Program-made: the position numbers and the translations under genes
NCBI GenBank assembly: GCA_038087875.1
Contig: CM075988.1
Span: 24,926,001-24,986,000, forward strand
DNA length: 60,000 bases
Source: Malacoraja senta
Taxonomy: Eukaryota
Direction: 5' to 3'
The notes under the pieces: model-generated
Database searches by the model: none
What the model was told of the DNA's origin: nothing
The model's input: only the letters and a program-made list of their open reading frames with translations
Shown: positions 1 through 11,630 of the stretch, one piece after another
How positions within the stretch are numbered: the stretch's first letter is position 1
Layout of the letters: each line of letters opens with the position of its first letter

Positions 1-439
1 GTAAAATGGAAGTGGAAGTGAAACAAATGCTTGCAAAGTAGCCACCTTTGATCATTAAGGACTTCCCCACTGTGTTGCAGTCCACATAATGGCTGGATGT
101 TTCTGCGTTGGTAACTGAATGATATACACAATTAGTAGTGCTGAGACCCACGTGTAAATAATTTGTATCCATCTGTAAATATCGTAAAATTACAATGGTC
201 ATGAGGTTCAGAGGCAGAGAGTGCAATAATGCTGCTATATGTCTTATTGCTGCAGACTCGGGTGAGGTTCTAGGCACACGACTCTGTGCTACAAGTAAGA
301 ATACTCAACTATCACCGAGTCCCAAAGCACTAATTATGCCGATTTACAATGAATTCATATCAGCAGCAAGTTTCAAGGGCCAGCTACGATCTGATGACCT
401 TTCCTTCTCAATTTAAGGGTCTGGTTATCGGAACCAACT

Positions 440-1012
440 GTAATCATAGAGTGTTGCACAGAATGTACTGTACAGAATGAGGCCACAACCTAATTCGTCC
501 ACTGCTGCTATTATTACACTAAGCCTCTCACTCCCATCGTCCACCTCACCCTTGCACCGTATTTCATATTTCTTTCACCTTTGGACGCTTACCAGCTTCA
601 TCTTATATACATCTGTAGGATTCAACTCAACTAGTGCTTGTGGTGAATAACACACCGTCACTGCTCGTTGAGGAAAGAATCTTTTTTTGGATTAAATGAT
701 TTTTAAAAATATATTTATTATTCTTAGTTTTGGGATCCATCACGTCTTCTGTCTGTCCACCTTGTTGAGCCGCCCACCATTTTAAAGACATCCATCAGGT
801 CACCCCTCAGCATTCTGTTTTCCCCCCCCAAAAAGCGATATAGCTGTAAAGTGGTTCCTTTTTGAAGGCTGTAAATCCTCAGTTCTGGGGTCATCATTGC
901 GGTTGTCTATTTTCGCTTTTTCTAGCACCTCTTGTCCAGTCTTTTGTGGTGTGTGGAGAATAGAATTGTGTGCAATGTCCCAAATGTGGTCTGACCAGGA
1001 TGCTATATCGGG
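440..1012 (-). mobile_element. Old CR1 LINE 3' fragment
   Basis: Minus strand near 960-1000 reads LVRPHLGHCTQF (CR1 ORF2 motif LVRPHLEYCxQFW); heavily decayed. Confidence 0.65.
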
Positions 1013-1792
1013 CAAAGCAGTGAATGTGTTAACTTAAATCTTGCCGAATAGCACCGTGCATGTGAGATGCTTTTGAGCCATGTAAAAAATGCTGATTCCT
1101 CGGATATTGTAAGGTTTTAGGACAATGGCGGACATTTTATTCAATGCACAGATTTCTTTGGAGTCTCAAAATGGCCGCTATTATAGAGAGAGAGAGAGAG
1201 AGAGAGAAGTATTTCTTCATGCATCCAGTCAGCTGCCTGTTCCACGTTTAACCTGCTGTAAGGATTTCTGTTTGGCAGGTGAACGCAAGACTGTTTAACT
1301 GAGCCACGTCTACAAGACTGTTCAATTAGCTGTTTTGTGCTTTTAAATTGGCTCCAGGCAAATGCCGATAAAATCATTTGTGCCAGATTTTTTTGTTGTT
1401 GTCTTGGGACGGACTTGTTGAACCATTTATCCTGAAATGCCCCCTTCTTGTTTGTTTCATTCAGTGAATGGTATGTGACGCGAATTTATAAAAAATCCTC
1501 TCACATTTTAGCTTTCAGTTAGCAGGGTCGTGAATTCACGTTATCAACTCCCAAGTGCCTGCAACATTCTCGCTCACTTATTTCAGGCACACAGCATTGT
1601 TTGCTTCTTAAAACTGTTCTGCATGAGGACACTGGATACTGTGCCCATCGTGTCTTTAGCCTCCGATCACCGCCATCCTGCAAACAATCCATTTCCCACT
1701 AATCTACCCCTTGCATCAGGCTGGTTACTCTCAACTAATGCCAGTGAGCAATTGGGCTAAGTATTAGGAATCGAGGGAAAGCAAGATCTCAT

Positions 1793-1940
1793 GTAGAAAC
1801 AAGAAACCGCAGGTGCCGATTTGAAAAAAGAAAAGGAAAAAAAGACAGAAAGTGCTGGAGTAACTTAGCGGGTCAGGCAAGTTCTCAGCTCTGGAGAAAA
1901 TGGATAGGTGACGGTTCTTGGCGGGACCCTTCTTGAGACC
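1793..1940 (-). mobile_element. Diverged Penelope pLTR-derived short element
   Basis: gtgctggagtaacttagcgggtcaggca...ggtgacggtt...acccttctt matches the family consensus. Confidence 0.75.
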
Positions 1941-2097
1941 CCATTTCTGGCCTGATGTTCATGGGCTAAGCATTTCCCAGCAGGGGTCAGTATATAATTA
2001 GACAGAAGACCAGGCGGCCATTTTCCATGTCCATTCCATTCACGACGTCAGTGTCAGTTTTATTCAACGACATCTATACAGCGTCTTCCATGTAGTT

Positions 2098-2560
2098 GAA
2101 AATCATAAAGGTGATGATTCATGAAAGTGTTATTAAACAAAAGTTGACTGAGACACACAAAGAAATATTAAGGCAGGTAAATAGGTTCTAGTTAAAACAA
2201 GAACCTTCAGCCTGAAGAAGGGTTCCAATCCAGAACGTAACCTATCCATGCAAAGATGCTGCCTGTCTTGCTGAGTTACTACAACACTTTGTGTCTATCT
2301 TGATGTTCAAAGAGTTGTGCTTTGTGGATCATCTGAAAGGAGATGTGTAGGGACAGAATGCCGGGACGTAGGGTCCAAGAAACTGAAGGCACACTCATCA
2401 TCATCGGCCCAGTTGAATGATGGAAATTGGGTTATTGCTTTTCGTCAGATTTGATGGAGGCAGTAGGCATCAGGAAGGTGTGAAATCATGAAGGGTACTA
2501 GACATTAAATAAGAACTCCAAATCTTGAACGCAAAGTAGTTTGATGATCAACCTGGGTGA
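2098..2560 (-). mobile_element. Old L2-type LINE 3' remnant interrupted by a diverged pLTR copy (2212-2300, +)
   Basis: Resembles other L2-like tails in the window; inner ctgaagaagggttcc...gatgctgcctgtcttgctgagttac. Confidence 0.5.
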
Positions 2561-2623
2561 AGGGTGGCCAGAACTACATCCAAACACTGATCATGTATAG
2601 TTGGCAATTAAATAACAGAATAA

Positions 2624-2908
2624 CCGAGTCCGCACCAACCAGCGATCCCCGCACATTAACACTATCCAACACATACTTGGGACAATTTACACTTGTACCA
2701 AGTATACAAACCCAAGCCAATTAAGCTACAAACCTGTACGTCTTTGGTGTGTGGGAAGAAGCCAAAGATCTCGGAGGACCCCTACACGGTCATGGGGAGA
2801 ACGTACAAACTCCGTTCAGCCGGCACCCATAGTCGGGATCGAACACCCTTCTCTGGTGCTGCAAGCGCTGTAAGGCAGCAACTTTACCACTGTGCCACCA
2901 TTGTTGCC
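2624..2908 (-). mobile_element. HE1-type tRNA-derived V-SINE
   Basis: B-box on minus strand (ggatcgaac), V-domain ccaattaagctacaaacctgtacgtctttgg, tail gagtccgcacc. Confidence 0.85.
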
Positions 2909-3225
2909 AGTGCTTTTCTTTGGAAAAGTTGTTAAACTGAGGTTGGCCCAAAAGATTTCATGTCATCCCCCAGTTGAGAGATCAGTGGCTATGGCCAATC
3001 TTCATTATTCAATGAGCACCATTGGAAAAATAGCATATTATTGAATATTGTCAAATTGCTGTTTGTGGGAATATGTACAATTGCCACATTGCAAAAATGA
3101 CAACATTCCATTGGTAGTAAACCACTGACACCTACTGAGCTCACAAATAGTATGAAATAAATACAAACTTTCCTTTTCTCTTTGATCTGTCAAGACCTGT
3201 CCAACCAAAGTTGACCTTTTGTATG

Positions 3226-3444
3226 TTGTTAAAGAAGGAACTGCAGATGCTGGAAAATCGAAGGTACACAAAAGTGCTGGAGAAACTCAGCGGGTGCAGC
3301 AGCATCTATGTAGCGAAGGAAATAGGCAACGTTGCGGGCCGAAACCCAGTCTGAGGAAGGGTTTCGGCCCGAAACGTTGCCTATTTCCTTCGCTCCATAG
3401 ATGCTGCTGCACCCGCTGAGTTTCTCCAGCATTTTTGTGTACCT
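3226..3444. mobile_element. Inverted dimer of Penelope pLTR/hammerhead element
   Basis: Minus arm then plus arm; TSD ttgac(c/t)ttttgtatg at 3211-3225 and 3445-3459. Confidence 0.9.
3351..3378 (+). ncRNA. Minimal hammerhead ribozyme motif (Penelope type)
   Basis: CTGAGGA-A-GGGT-TTCG-GCCC-GAAACGTT: core boxes, helix II with UUCG loop, palindromic ACGT in place of helix III; helix I only ~2 bp. Confidence 0.65.
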
Positions 3445-3827
3445 TTGACTTTTTGTATGCTCCATATATCTGCAGGGTTGGCAGGAAGAACATTAAAGTA
3501 GGCGGTGTATGACTGCCAATAGGTTAGATCAGTAGAGGCACAAAGTGTTTGACTCTCAGTTAACAGTTAGATCTATTAATGGCTCTATGCGTGGAGAAAG
3601 GCCCAGAATAAACCAGCAAGAACAAGTCACCACATGCTGAAGATTACACGGGTTCTGGGAACTTGCCGGAAGCTCTGACATTTCCACTTGTGTTAGTTTC
3701 TTTGGAATAAGATGACAACCCTAGCTTTGTGAATTATGGATCTGAAAATTTTAGATGCTGCCTCCCACTTTGGTAAGCAAGTGCCAGGCCATTTTCTTGT
3801 ACCTGTGATGAACTCTGCAAATCTATT

Positions 3828-4210
3828 GGAGACAAAAAGCTGTAGAAACTTAGTGGGTGAGGCAGCATCTATGGAGCGAAGGAATGGGTAACGTTTCTGA
3901 TAGAGTCCCTTCTTCAGACTGATCTGGGGGTGTGGCAGGAAGAAGAAAGGAAAATTCGGAGACAGTAGGCTGTGGGAGAGCTGGGAAGGGGAGGGGAAGG
4001 AGGGAGAAAGCAAGGACTACCTGAAATTGGAGGTCAATGGGGTGTAAACTACCCAAGCGCAATATGAGGTGCTGCTCCTCCAATTTGCGGTGGGACGCAC
4101 TCTGGCCATGGAGGAGGCCCAGGACAGAAAGGTTGGATTCGGAATGGGAGGGGGAGTTGAAGTGTTGAGCCACCGGGAGATCAGGTTGGTTAATGTGACC
4201 TGAGCGGAGG
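3828..4210 (-). mobile_element. Penelope-like element 3' end: GIY-YIG endonuclease C-terminus, 3'UTR and pLTR
   Basis: ORF 3850-4275 contains PVAQHFNSPSHS..LSVLGL..RKLEEQHLILRLGSLHP, followed on the same strand by a pyrimidine-rich UTR and a decayed CTGAAGA...GAAACGTT motif. Confidence 0.9.
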
Positions 4211-4804
4211 ACTATTTGTCGTATTGTGCTCAGTTGGATGTCTATCGCCCAGTATTGCAACTTTGTCCGCTGCACCTTTCAATTTCGGACAGTGTGTCAA
4301 ATAAACCTTGAAGTGTTTCTGTGTGTCATGCAATGGCAAAAGTATTGTGCAAAATAAAGGCAGTATCAGCATCTAAAATAGCTAGCAAAATCATTTCATT
4401 CATTAAAATAGGACTGAAGTAGGGTCACTGTGGTGGTTAAAGATTACTCATTAATTTTAAGGTTATTGTGAATAAAGAAGACCAAGGTGTTTGTCTGAAA
4501 ATGATGTATCATCCAATTAGGAACGTTGTTTGCTTAACGATAGTGTGGGAACACAGGTGTTAGTGAGGACTGACATTTTTTTATACTCATTTTCAGGATT
4601 CAGGCTTGGGGCTGGCATGACTAGTATTCATTGCCCAACCATAATTACCCTAAACAAAGCTGTGGTGAGCTGCCTTGTTCAACTGCTGCAGCCCTTGTGG
4701 TGAAAAGGTTCTCCTAAAATGTTCCAGGATTTAGACCCAGCGACAAGGATGGACTGGTGATATATTTCCAAGTCAGGTTGGTACCTAGCTTGGAGGGAGA
4801 TTTG

Positions 4805-5052
4805 TAGTTTAGCTTAGAGATGCAGCGCGGAAACAAGCCCGAGTCTGCAATGACCACATTAACACTGTCCCACGCACACGAGGGACAATTTACAATTAAC
4901 CTACAAACCTGTGCGGGAGGAAACCGGAGATCCCGGAGAAAACTCACGCAGATCACGGGGGGGAACATTCAAAAACTCCATACAGACACGCACCCATAAT
5001 CAAGATCAGACCAGGGTCTCTGGAGCTGTAAGGCAGCAACTCTACCCATGTG
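4805..5052 (-). mobile_element. HE1-type V-SINE
   Basis: Tail tagtttagcttagagat; ggaaaccggagatcccggagaaaactcacgca; head gctgtaaggcagcaactctacc. Confidence 0.85.
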
Positions 5053-5228
5053 CATTTGTAGGCTCTTGTCCTTTTGGGTGGTGGAGGTCACAGGATTGGA
5101 AGGTGCTGATGGCTTAGTTTATGTCAATAACTACAATGCATGTTGTAGATGATGCACAACAAAGCCATTGTGCATTGAAGGTGGAGGGAATGATGGTTTA
5201 TAGTGGTTGCTGGTTGCCACTCAAATGG

Positions 5229-5520
5229 TTCATCAGGTCAGGTCGGGGGGGGGGAACTCCCCCCCCCATGTAATCCCGCGCTACCTGCTCCATGGTCGGA
5301 TAGTCGGTGACTAAACCGTCTCCCCCACCTGGTTTGCCAGGTGAGGAGGGGGCTGTGGACCCCCAGCAGAACCAAATACAAGACCTGTCAAAGGGTGGAT
5401 GAGCTTCTAGCGAGCCAACGGCCATCCACACTTCAGTAGAAGTTGCGATCACTGTCGTACATAGCATTGTAAGGCACCGTGCCCATTGATGTTTTCAACG
5501 ATGATGATGATGATGATGAT
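5229..5520 (+). mobile_element. Short non-autonomous RTE-like retroposon with (GAT)n tail
   Basis: GC-rich hairpin-forming 5' part, (GAT)n tail ~5500-5520, approximate TSD tca(a/g)atgg at 5221-5228 and 5521-5528. Confidence 0.55.
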
Positions 5521-5800
5521 TCAGATGGGCAGCTTGCTGCTGGATGATGTTGAGTTTCTTGTCGTTGTTGCCACAGCACTCAGCAAGCAAAATGGGTTTA
5601 TTCCACCAATCTTATCTGTGTCTTTAAATGGTGGAAATAATTCAGTGATAAGGGGTTATCCAGCCTCTTGACCCGTTTTTGAATCTACAGTTTATATGAA
5701 TGGTCTGATTACATTTCTGTTAAGCGGTAGATATTGATAGGGGGGGAGCTAGGTGATGGTAATATCTTGAACGTCAAAAATATATGGTTGATAGGTGGAT

Positions 5801-5933
5801 ATGTGTAGGAAGGAACTGCAGATGCTGGTTGACACTGAAGATAGACACAAAATGTTGGAGTAACTCAGCGGGTCCGGCAGCATCTCTGGAGAAAAGGAAT
5901 AGGTGATGTTTTGGGTCAAGACCCTTCCTCAGA
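5801..5933 (-). mobile_element. pLTR/hammerhead short element (gtgtagg-ended subfamily)
   Basis: gtgtaggaaggaactgcagatgctgg...acccttcctcag. Confidence 0.85.
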
Positions 5934-6040
5934 TGGAAATGACTTTTGTCATTTCTTGTTGGAAATGGTAGTGCCAGGCACTTTTGTGGTGCAAATGTTA
6001 CTTGTCACTTGTCAGTCCTAACTGAATGTTGCCTACAACT

Positions 6041-6172
6041 TGTGTAGGAAGGAACTGCAGATGCTGGTTTAAACCGAAGACAGACACAAAAAGCTGGAGT
6101 AACTCAGTGGGACAGGCAGCATCTCTGGAGAGAAGGAATGGGTGACGTTTCGGCTCGAGACTTCTTCTGACT
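6041..6172 (-). mobile_element. pLTR/hammerhead short element
   Basis: Full monomer on minus strand. Confidence 0.85.
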
Positions 6173-6770
6173 GGAGTTGTGAAATAACGTGCAGTCATCA
6201 ACAAACATTTGGCATTTTTGATCTAATGATGGAAGAAAGGTAAATAATGAAGCAGCTGAAAAGGTTGGGTCTCAGTGCTGAATTGTGGAACATCTGCAGT
6301 GATGTCCCAGGACTTGGATAATTGACCTTCAGCAGCCACAGCAAGGATTGGCTCCAAATATTCCAGTGCTTTCCCCTTGAACCCCATTGACTTATACCAG
6401 GCTCTCTTGTTGCCACACTCGGTCACATGCTGTCAAGAGCAGTCACTCTTAGGAATTCAGCATTTGGCTTATGTTTGGCCAGGGCTGCGATGAGGTCCCA
6501 ACAAAACCCAAAAAGGATATTACTGAGGAGATTATTGTTAAATGTTTTTGATAGCACTGTTGACAATGATTTCCACCACTTTGCCGATGAGAGTAGACAA
6601 GGGGGCAATTAGATGGATTACATTTGTCCTGGTGAACAGCACATAACACATTGACTTTCCACATTGTCTGGTGGATGCCAACGTCGTAACTATTTTGGAA
6701 TGGCCTGGTCAGCTCGCATCTAGTTCTGGAGCTATCCTTGAGATGTCGTCTAGGTATGTCGCCTTTCCTA

Positions 6771-6902
6771 TGTTCAAGAAGGAACTGCAGATGCTGGAAA
6801 ATCAAAGGTAGACAAAAATGCTGGAGAAACTCAGCGGGTGCGGCAGCATCTATGAAGCGAAGGAAATAGGCAACGTTTCGGGTCGAGACCCTTCTTCAGA
6901 CT
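6771..6902 (-). mobile_element. pLTR short element with intact hammerhead core (6872-6899, minus)
   Basis: Reverse complement reads CTGAAGAAGGGTCTCGACCCGAAACGTT. Confidence 0.85.
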
Positions 6903-7859
6903 TTCCAAAATCCAATGCTTTCAGCCATTTGTTGACATCATGTAGATATGGCAAGTAAGAATGTGAGAGCATTGGTCTGGACAGTTATGTCAGCCAATAG
7001 CTATAATAGAGAATGAACTGTCATTACTCAAAGGACACATGATCATTGAGATTGCAATGTTCATCAGACAGTTGCAGATTCAGAGAATATACTGAGGGTA
7101 AAAATCTATCTTTTGTTCAATTTACCGACCATTCGAGATATTATGTCATCTATGCTGAAATTCAATTCTAAAATTTGGTTCCATTGACCAGTTTCAGATC
7201 AGTATCTAATCAGGACATATGTTGGGAGTTTAATGTATGCAACAAAGCTAGTTGCAAGCCCAAATGTAGATCGCTAGGTAATGGCTTATATCCCTTGTCC
7301 CCAGCAATGTATCCAAGTCAATCCCCTATAGTGGAAAGATGCTGATCTTGGGAACTTATCCTGAATTATCTATTGGCAATTCCTCCATTAGCATTTGTAA
7401 TGGACTTTTTTGATGAGGATTATTTATCAATAAAAATGCATTACTTATTTGGAAGTTGTGACATTTGAAAAATTCCGACATGCTCTTTGTACAACATGAT
7501 AACTCTCGTGTCTGGACAGATGCAATTAAACCTGTTAAACCTGATGGCTAAACATTCCCCTTAGTTTCATTATGGTAATGATAGGTAGCAGGTATCCTAT
7601 TTGTGTTTCCAAGGCTGTTTCTCGTGCAGGGAGGTTGTCGCGATAAGTTGCACCCAATAGGGATGTAAATGTACTGCGTGAAAATACATTATCTGGTTGT
7701 ATCTTTGTGTAAAATAGGACAATAGATGTCAGGGCTGGGGCTTCTTCACGGGAATGAATTAATTAATGTTTAAGTTCCTTTATAGAAGAGAAGGCTGCCA
7801 GGTAGAGATGATTGTTGCAGTCTAATTGTAAGCACTGGGCTTCTGCCCATCTCCCTGGT

Positions 7860-8140
7860 CTCCACTCGCTATACACCACACTGCATTCCATGGTTTTCAT
7901 TAGTTCACCATCAGTGGCCCTGCTACCATCTGCCGAGTCCAGGGCTCAGGACTTCCCTGCCTCTACCTCTCCACATCATTACCTTTCTCCTTCTTTGACA
8001 CTTTTAAAAACTTGCCTGTTTGCCAAGCCTGTCCCGATACACTCTTCTATGCCGAGGTGTCGGATTAGGATGGATAACTGTTTAAATAATTGCCTGGGGC
8101 TATTTGACCACATTAAAGGCATGATTATATATGCAAATTG
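7860..8140 (+). mobile_element. Old L2-type 3' end
   Basis: Ends cattaaaggcatgattatatatgcaaattg; similar tails at ~22340-22540, 32400-32550, 49500-50110, 55870-56220 (+) and 41830-42120 (-). Confidence 0.55.
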
Positions 8141-8263
8141 ACTGTGCATGTCAACCGGATTCACACCCATGTGCGATTTGTTCTTTATTTGTTAAGTAAA
8201 TTACCACTGGCAATAAAACATCTTATGCCCAAAGGTCTCAGTTAACAAAGCAACAGTTTACCT

Positions 8264-8492
8264 TGTTTAAGAAAGAACTGCAGATGCTGGAAAAATCGAA
8301 GGTAGACAAGAATGCTGGAGAAACTCAGCGGGTGAGGCAGCATCTATGGAGCGAAGGAATAGGTGACGTTTCGGGATCGAAACCCTTCGAAGGAATAGGT
8401 GACGAAGGGTCTCGACCCGAAACGTCGCCTATTTCCTTCGCTCCATAGATGCTGCCTCACCCGCTGAGTTTCTCCAGCATTTTTGTCTACCG
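8264..8492. mobile_element. Inverted dimer pLTR element
   Basis: TSD aacagtt(t/c)accttgttt at 8252-8268 and 8493-8509; the last 5 nt overlap the element terminus tgtttaag. Confidence 0.9.
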
Positions 8493-8619
8493 AACAGTTC
8501 ACCTTGTTTTCTTTTCTGATGAATGGGCCTGAAGTACCGCAGCCATGCCGTGTAGCATCGATGTCTGACACACATTGTAGGAGAAAACAAAGGGTCAGGA
8601 TAAATTTTCCATTTTGACA

Positions 8620-9480
8620 GTTGGTCACTCATGGGGTATTACTGGGGCCTCAATAATTTCCAATCTATGTTCATGACTTAGATGAAACGATGAAGAGTAC
8701 TGCAACCGAATTGACTGATGATACAACAATTAGTAAGTTGTGAGGGGGACAAAAGGAGGCTGGAAAAGGACATAAAAGTTTGAACATTGGGAATAATGTG
8801 GAAAACTGACATTTGGAAAGAGGAATGACACAGCAAATTATTATTTAAATTGAGTCAGAGTACAAAATATTGCGGTAAACGGGCTTATGGTGTCCTAGTA
8901 CAGTCCGTGTAATCTGGAACACAAGGCAGAAAACATAAAGGTGGAGCAGTTTTGTGCAGCTTTAATTGATGCTGGTGAGACCACACCTGGAGTGCTACCT
9001 ACCATTTCAGTTTCCGTATTTAAGGGAGGATGTGCTTGTATTGGAGGCTGTGCATAGAAGATTCTGTTGGTTGATTCCTGGGGTAAAGGGATTGATGTAT
9101 GAAGAAAGTCAAGTAGGTTTGAATGAATGAATAAGTTCATTGGCCAAGTATTCACATACAAGGAATTTGCCTTGGTGCTCCGCTCGCAAGTGACAACATG
9201 ACATACAGTGACAGTTAGGAATGACATAAAACATTAAACGTTAATAATGAATAATATTATTTATAGGTTGGGCCTATACTCATGGGAGTTTAAAATAATG
9301 AGAGGCGATCTTATTCAAACATACAGATTCTGAAGAGGTTGGCAGGATGGATGATGAAAGTGTGTTTTCTGAGTGGGGAATACGAGGAATTTATTTTCTC
9401 AGAGATCCATGTATCTTTGCAATTCTGCACCTCGGAGAAGTGTGAAAGTGTAATCTTTACATATACTCAACATAATTGTG
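8620..9480 (+). mobile_element. Old CR1 RT/ORF2 remnant with an inserted Rex1-type 3' tail (9120-9263, minus)
   Basis: ctggtgagaccacacctggagtgc = LVRPHLE; insert flanked by taggtt at 9114-9119 and 9264-9269. Confidence 0.65.
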
Positions 9481-9491
9481 TGAATTATATC

Positions 9492-9731
9492 TGTAGGAAG
9501 GAACTGCAGATGCTGGTTTAGAAACATAGAAAATAGGTGCAGGAGTAGGCCATTCGGCCCTTCGAGCCTGCACCGCCATTTAATGTGATCATGGCTGATC
9601 ATCGAAGGTAGACACAGAAGGTAGACACAAATGACAAATGTCCGTTCTTCAGACTGAAGAAGGGTCTCGACCCGAAACGTCACCCATTCCTTCTATCTGC
9701 CTGTCCCGCTGAGTTACTCCAGCACTTTGTC
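9492..9731. mobile_element. Inverted pLTR element with a nested ~85-bp CR1 3' end (9519-9603)
   Basis: TSD aattatatct at 9483-9492 and 9732-9741. Confidence 0.85.
9654..9681 (+). ncRNA. Minimal hammerhead ribozyme motif
   Basis: CTGAAGA-A-GGGT-CTCG-ACCC-GAAACGTC, with a GUC cleavage triplet. Confidence 0.65.
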
Positions 9732-9789
9732 AATTATATCTCCTTTGTTCAGTATCTCTTAATATCTTTGGTCGTTAAAGGACTCTGCT

Positions 9790-10480
9790 CTTTTCTTCGT
9801 AGTCGAAGTTGGTAATCACACATTTTCTTGCACTATAATCGATGTTCTGCTGTTTTGAATCTTTGCTTAATCCATTAGTATCTCCTTGTAGATACATGCC
9901 TTTGGCTAAACTCACATTATTGCCTGTACATGCGCTATCAGCAAGTCTGGATACATGATTTCCCATTCCATCGTTAAGCCATTCATCAATGCACTGAATA
10001 GTTGCGACTCCAACCCGCATTGTGCAGCACTACATCACGTGCTGCCAATTCATGTACTTGTCCATTATCCTTCTTCTCTGTCTTCTGCCACTAAGCCAAT
10101 TTCCTGGCCAAGTCAATAACTTGCTTACTATTCTGCGAGCTTCACATTTACAAAACATTCTTGTGTGAAGATTTTATTGAGTGCCTTCTAGAAAACCATA
10201 TAAATAACATATATTGGCATTTAATGGAATGTCAATTCCATATTTCTCGTCATCTCTTCAAACAATTCAATCAGGATCACCGGGTATGAGCTGCCTTTTC
10301 AAATCCATTCCGGTGGGATGAAAATTGTAAGATGTCACTGTTATAATTTTCCGACAACATCTGTTATTTAACTTCTTTAGAATTCCTTGGTTTTCATCTC
10401 TTGCCTTTCTTAAAAGGTGTACGACAAGTCAATTTTCTGATCTAAGGATGCAGGCTCCAAAGGAAATGGACTTGGAAAGT
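9790..10480 (-). mobile_element. Very old CR1 RT remnant
   Basis: ORF 9775-10020 ends LQGDTNGLSKDSKQQNIDYSARKCVI, resembling the CR1 LQxDxDxLxxW...FNxxKCxV motif. Confidence 0.5.
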
Positions 10481-10772
10481 TTGAGCACGAGTCATTTGTG
10501 ATGAGGATTTGTCACTGTTTAGTCATCCTTTCCTCAATTATGTCCTTTTATTTTGTTTTTTATTATTCATGCCCATGATATAATATTATCTTATTTCATC
10601 TTTTACTTATATGAACACTAAAAGGGAACCATTCAACCCATCAGGTCCATACTAGCAGCAGGAGGAACAATATCTTTAGTCAGAGTCCCCCTTTCCATAT
10701 TTTGCTGGACCCCTGCAACGTATTCTCCCTCACACACAAGCCCATCAGCTCCACTTTAACACATTTGGCCAT

Positions 10773-10975
10773 CTGACGAAGGGTGTCGACCCAAAACGTC
10801 ACCTATTCCCTTTTCCCCAGAGGAGCTGGCTGACCCAGTTACTCCAGCATTTTGTGTCTATCTAGGGTAATTAAAAGAAGCTTATTAAACTACTGACCCA
10901 TCTTTGGGAATAGGGAGTAAACTAGAGCACCTGTAGGAAGCCCACGCAGTCACGGAGACAACATACAAATATGCA
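10773..10975. mobile_element. pLTR copy (+, 10773-10862) within or next to a decayed HE1-like SINE (-)
   Basis: ctgacgaagggtgtcgaccc..; aaactagagcacctgtaggaagcccacgcagtcacggaga. Confidence 0.65.
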
Positions 10976-11425
10976 CCTCATCAATTTATTGCTTCCCCTG
11001 TGACTCATTTCCTGCCTCACCTATATTGCTTATCCGTATCCTTTGCCCTTATCCATATCTCTGTCTTATCCTTATTCCCTTATCCATAATTTTACTAGAT
11101 AATGTGACATTCCTGTCATAAGATAAAGAACAGGTGTGGGAAAAGATGACAGTGAATGTATTAACTTATTCTCACCTATCTCTCACTTTGAAATCTAATT
11201 TCATGAACAGTATCACAAACTGATAGCAGGCGATAGCACCTGGTGAGTCACAGCTCAGCAAAAGTAAGAAGGAGGGAGGCACATACCAGCTGCACAAAAT
11301 GTGTTGCTGCATTTCTTACATAAAGCAGTGACTGCACATCAAGTGTACTTCTTGGTGAAGAGCCCCTTGAGACTCTTCTGCGGTCCTGTATAAAAGGTTG
11401 GGTATTTTTTTGCACCGACGCCTAA

Positions 11426-11630
11426 TGTGCCCGTCCCACTTACACGATTTCCCCGGCAACTGCTGGCACCCGTCACGACGCCTGTATGGTAATGAGTGGT
11501 CGCCCAAAGAGTCGTACCTTTTTCTGGTCGCTGCTGGATTTTCAACATGTTGAAAATTTTCGGCAACCTGCTGCGACTATGACGGGTGCCGGCAGTCGCC
11601 GAAAAAAATTGACTAAGTGGGACAGGCCCT
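11426..11630. mobile_element. PIF/Harbinger-type MITE
   Basis: TIRs gcccgtcccactta / taagtgggacaggccct, flanked by TAA and TTA; internal palindrome 11538-11557. Confidence 0.75.

Larger units (their letters stand above)
4580..6765 (-). mobile_element. Old CR1/L2-clade LINE (RT region to 3' end), interrupted by HE1, an RTE-like element and pLTR copies
   Basis: Decayed RT motifs (KSMGFKGKALEYLE; DITADVPQ; LFSCFI..LSSIIRS) and C-terminal LTWKYITSPSLSLGLNPGT. Confidence 0.7.

Noticed and set aside
3226..3444. Inverted pLTR dimers read as DNA-transposon MITEs or CRISPR-like repeats
   Set aside because: Ends and TSD lengths vary, the sequence is contiguous with a Penelope ORF elsewhere, copies are dispersed and the context is eukaryotic
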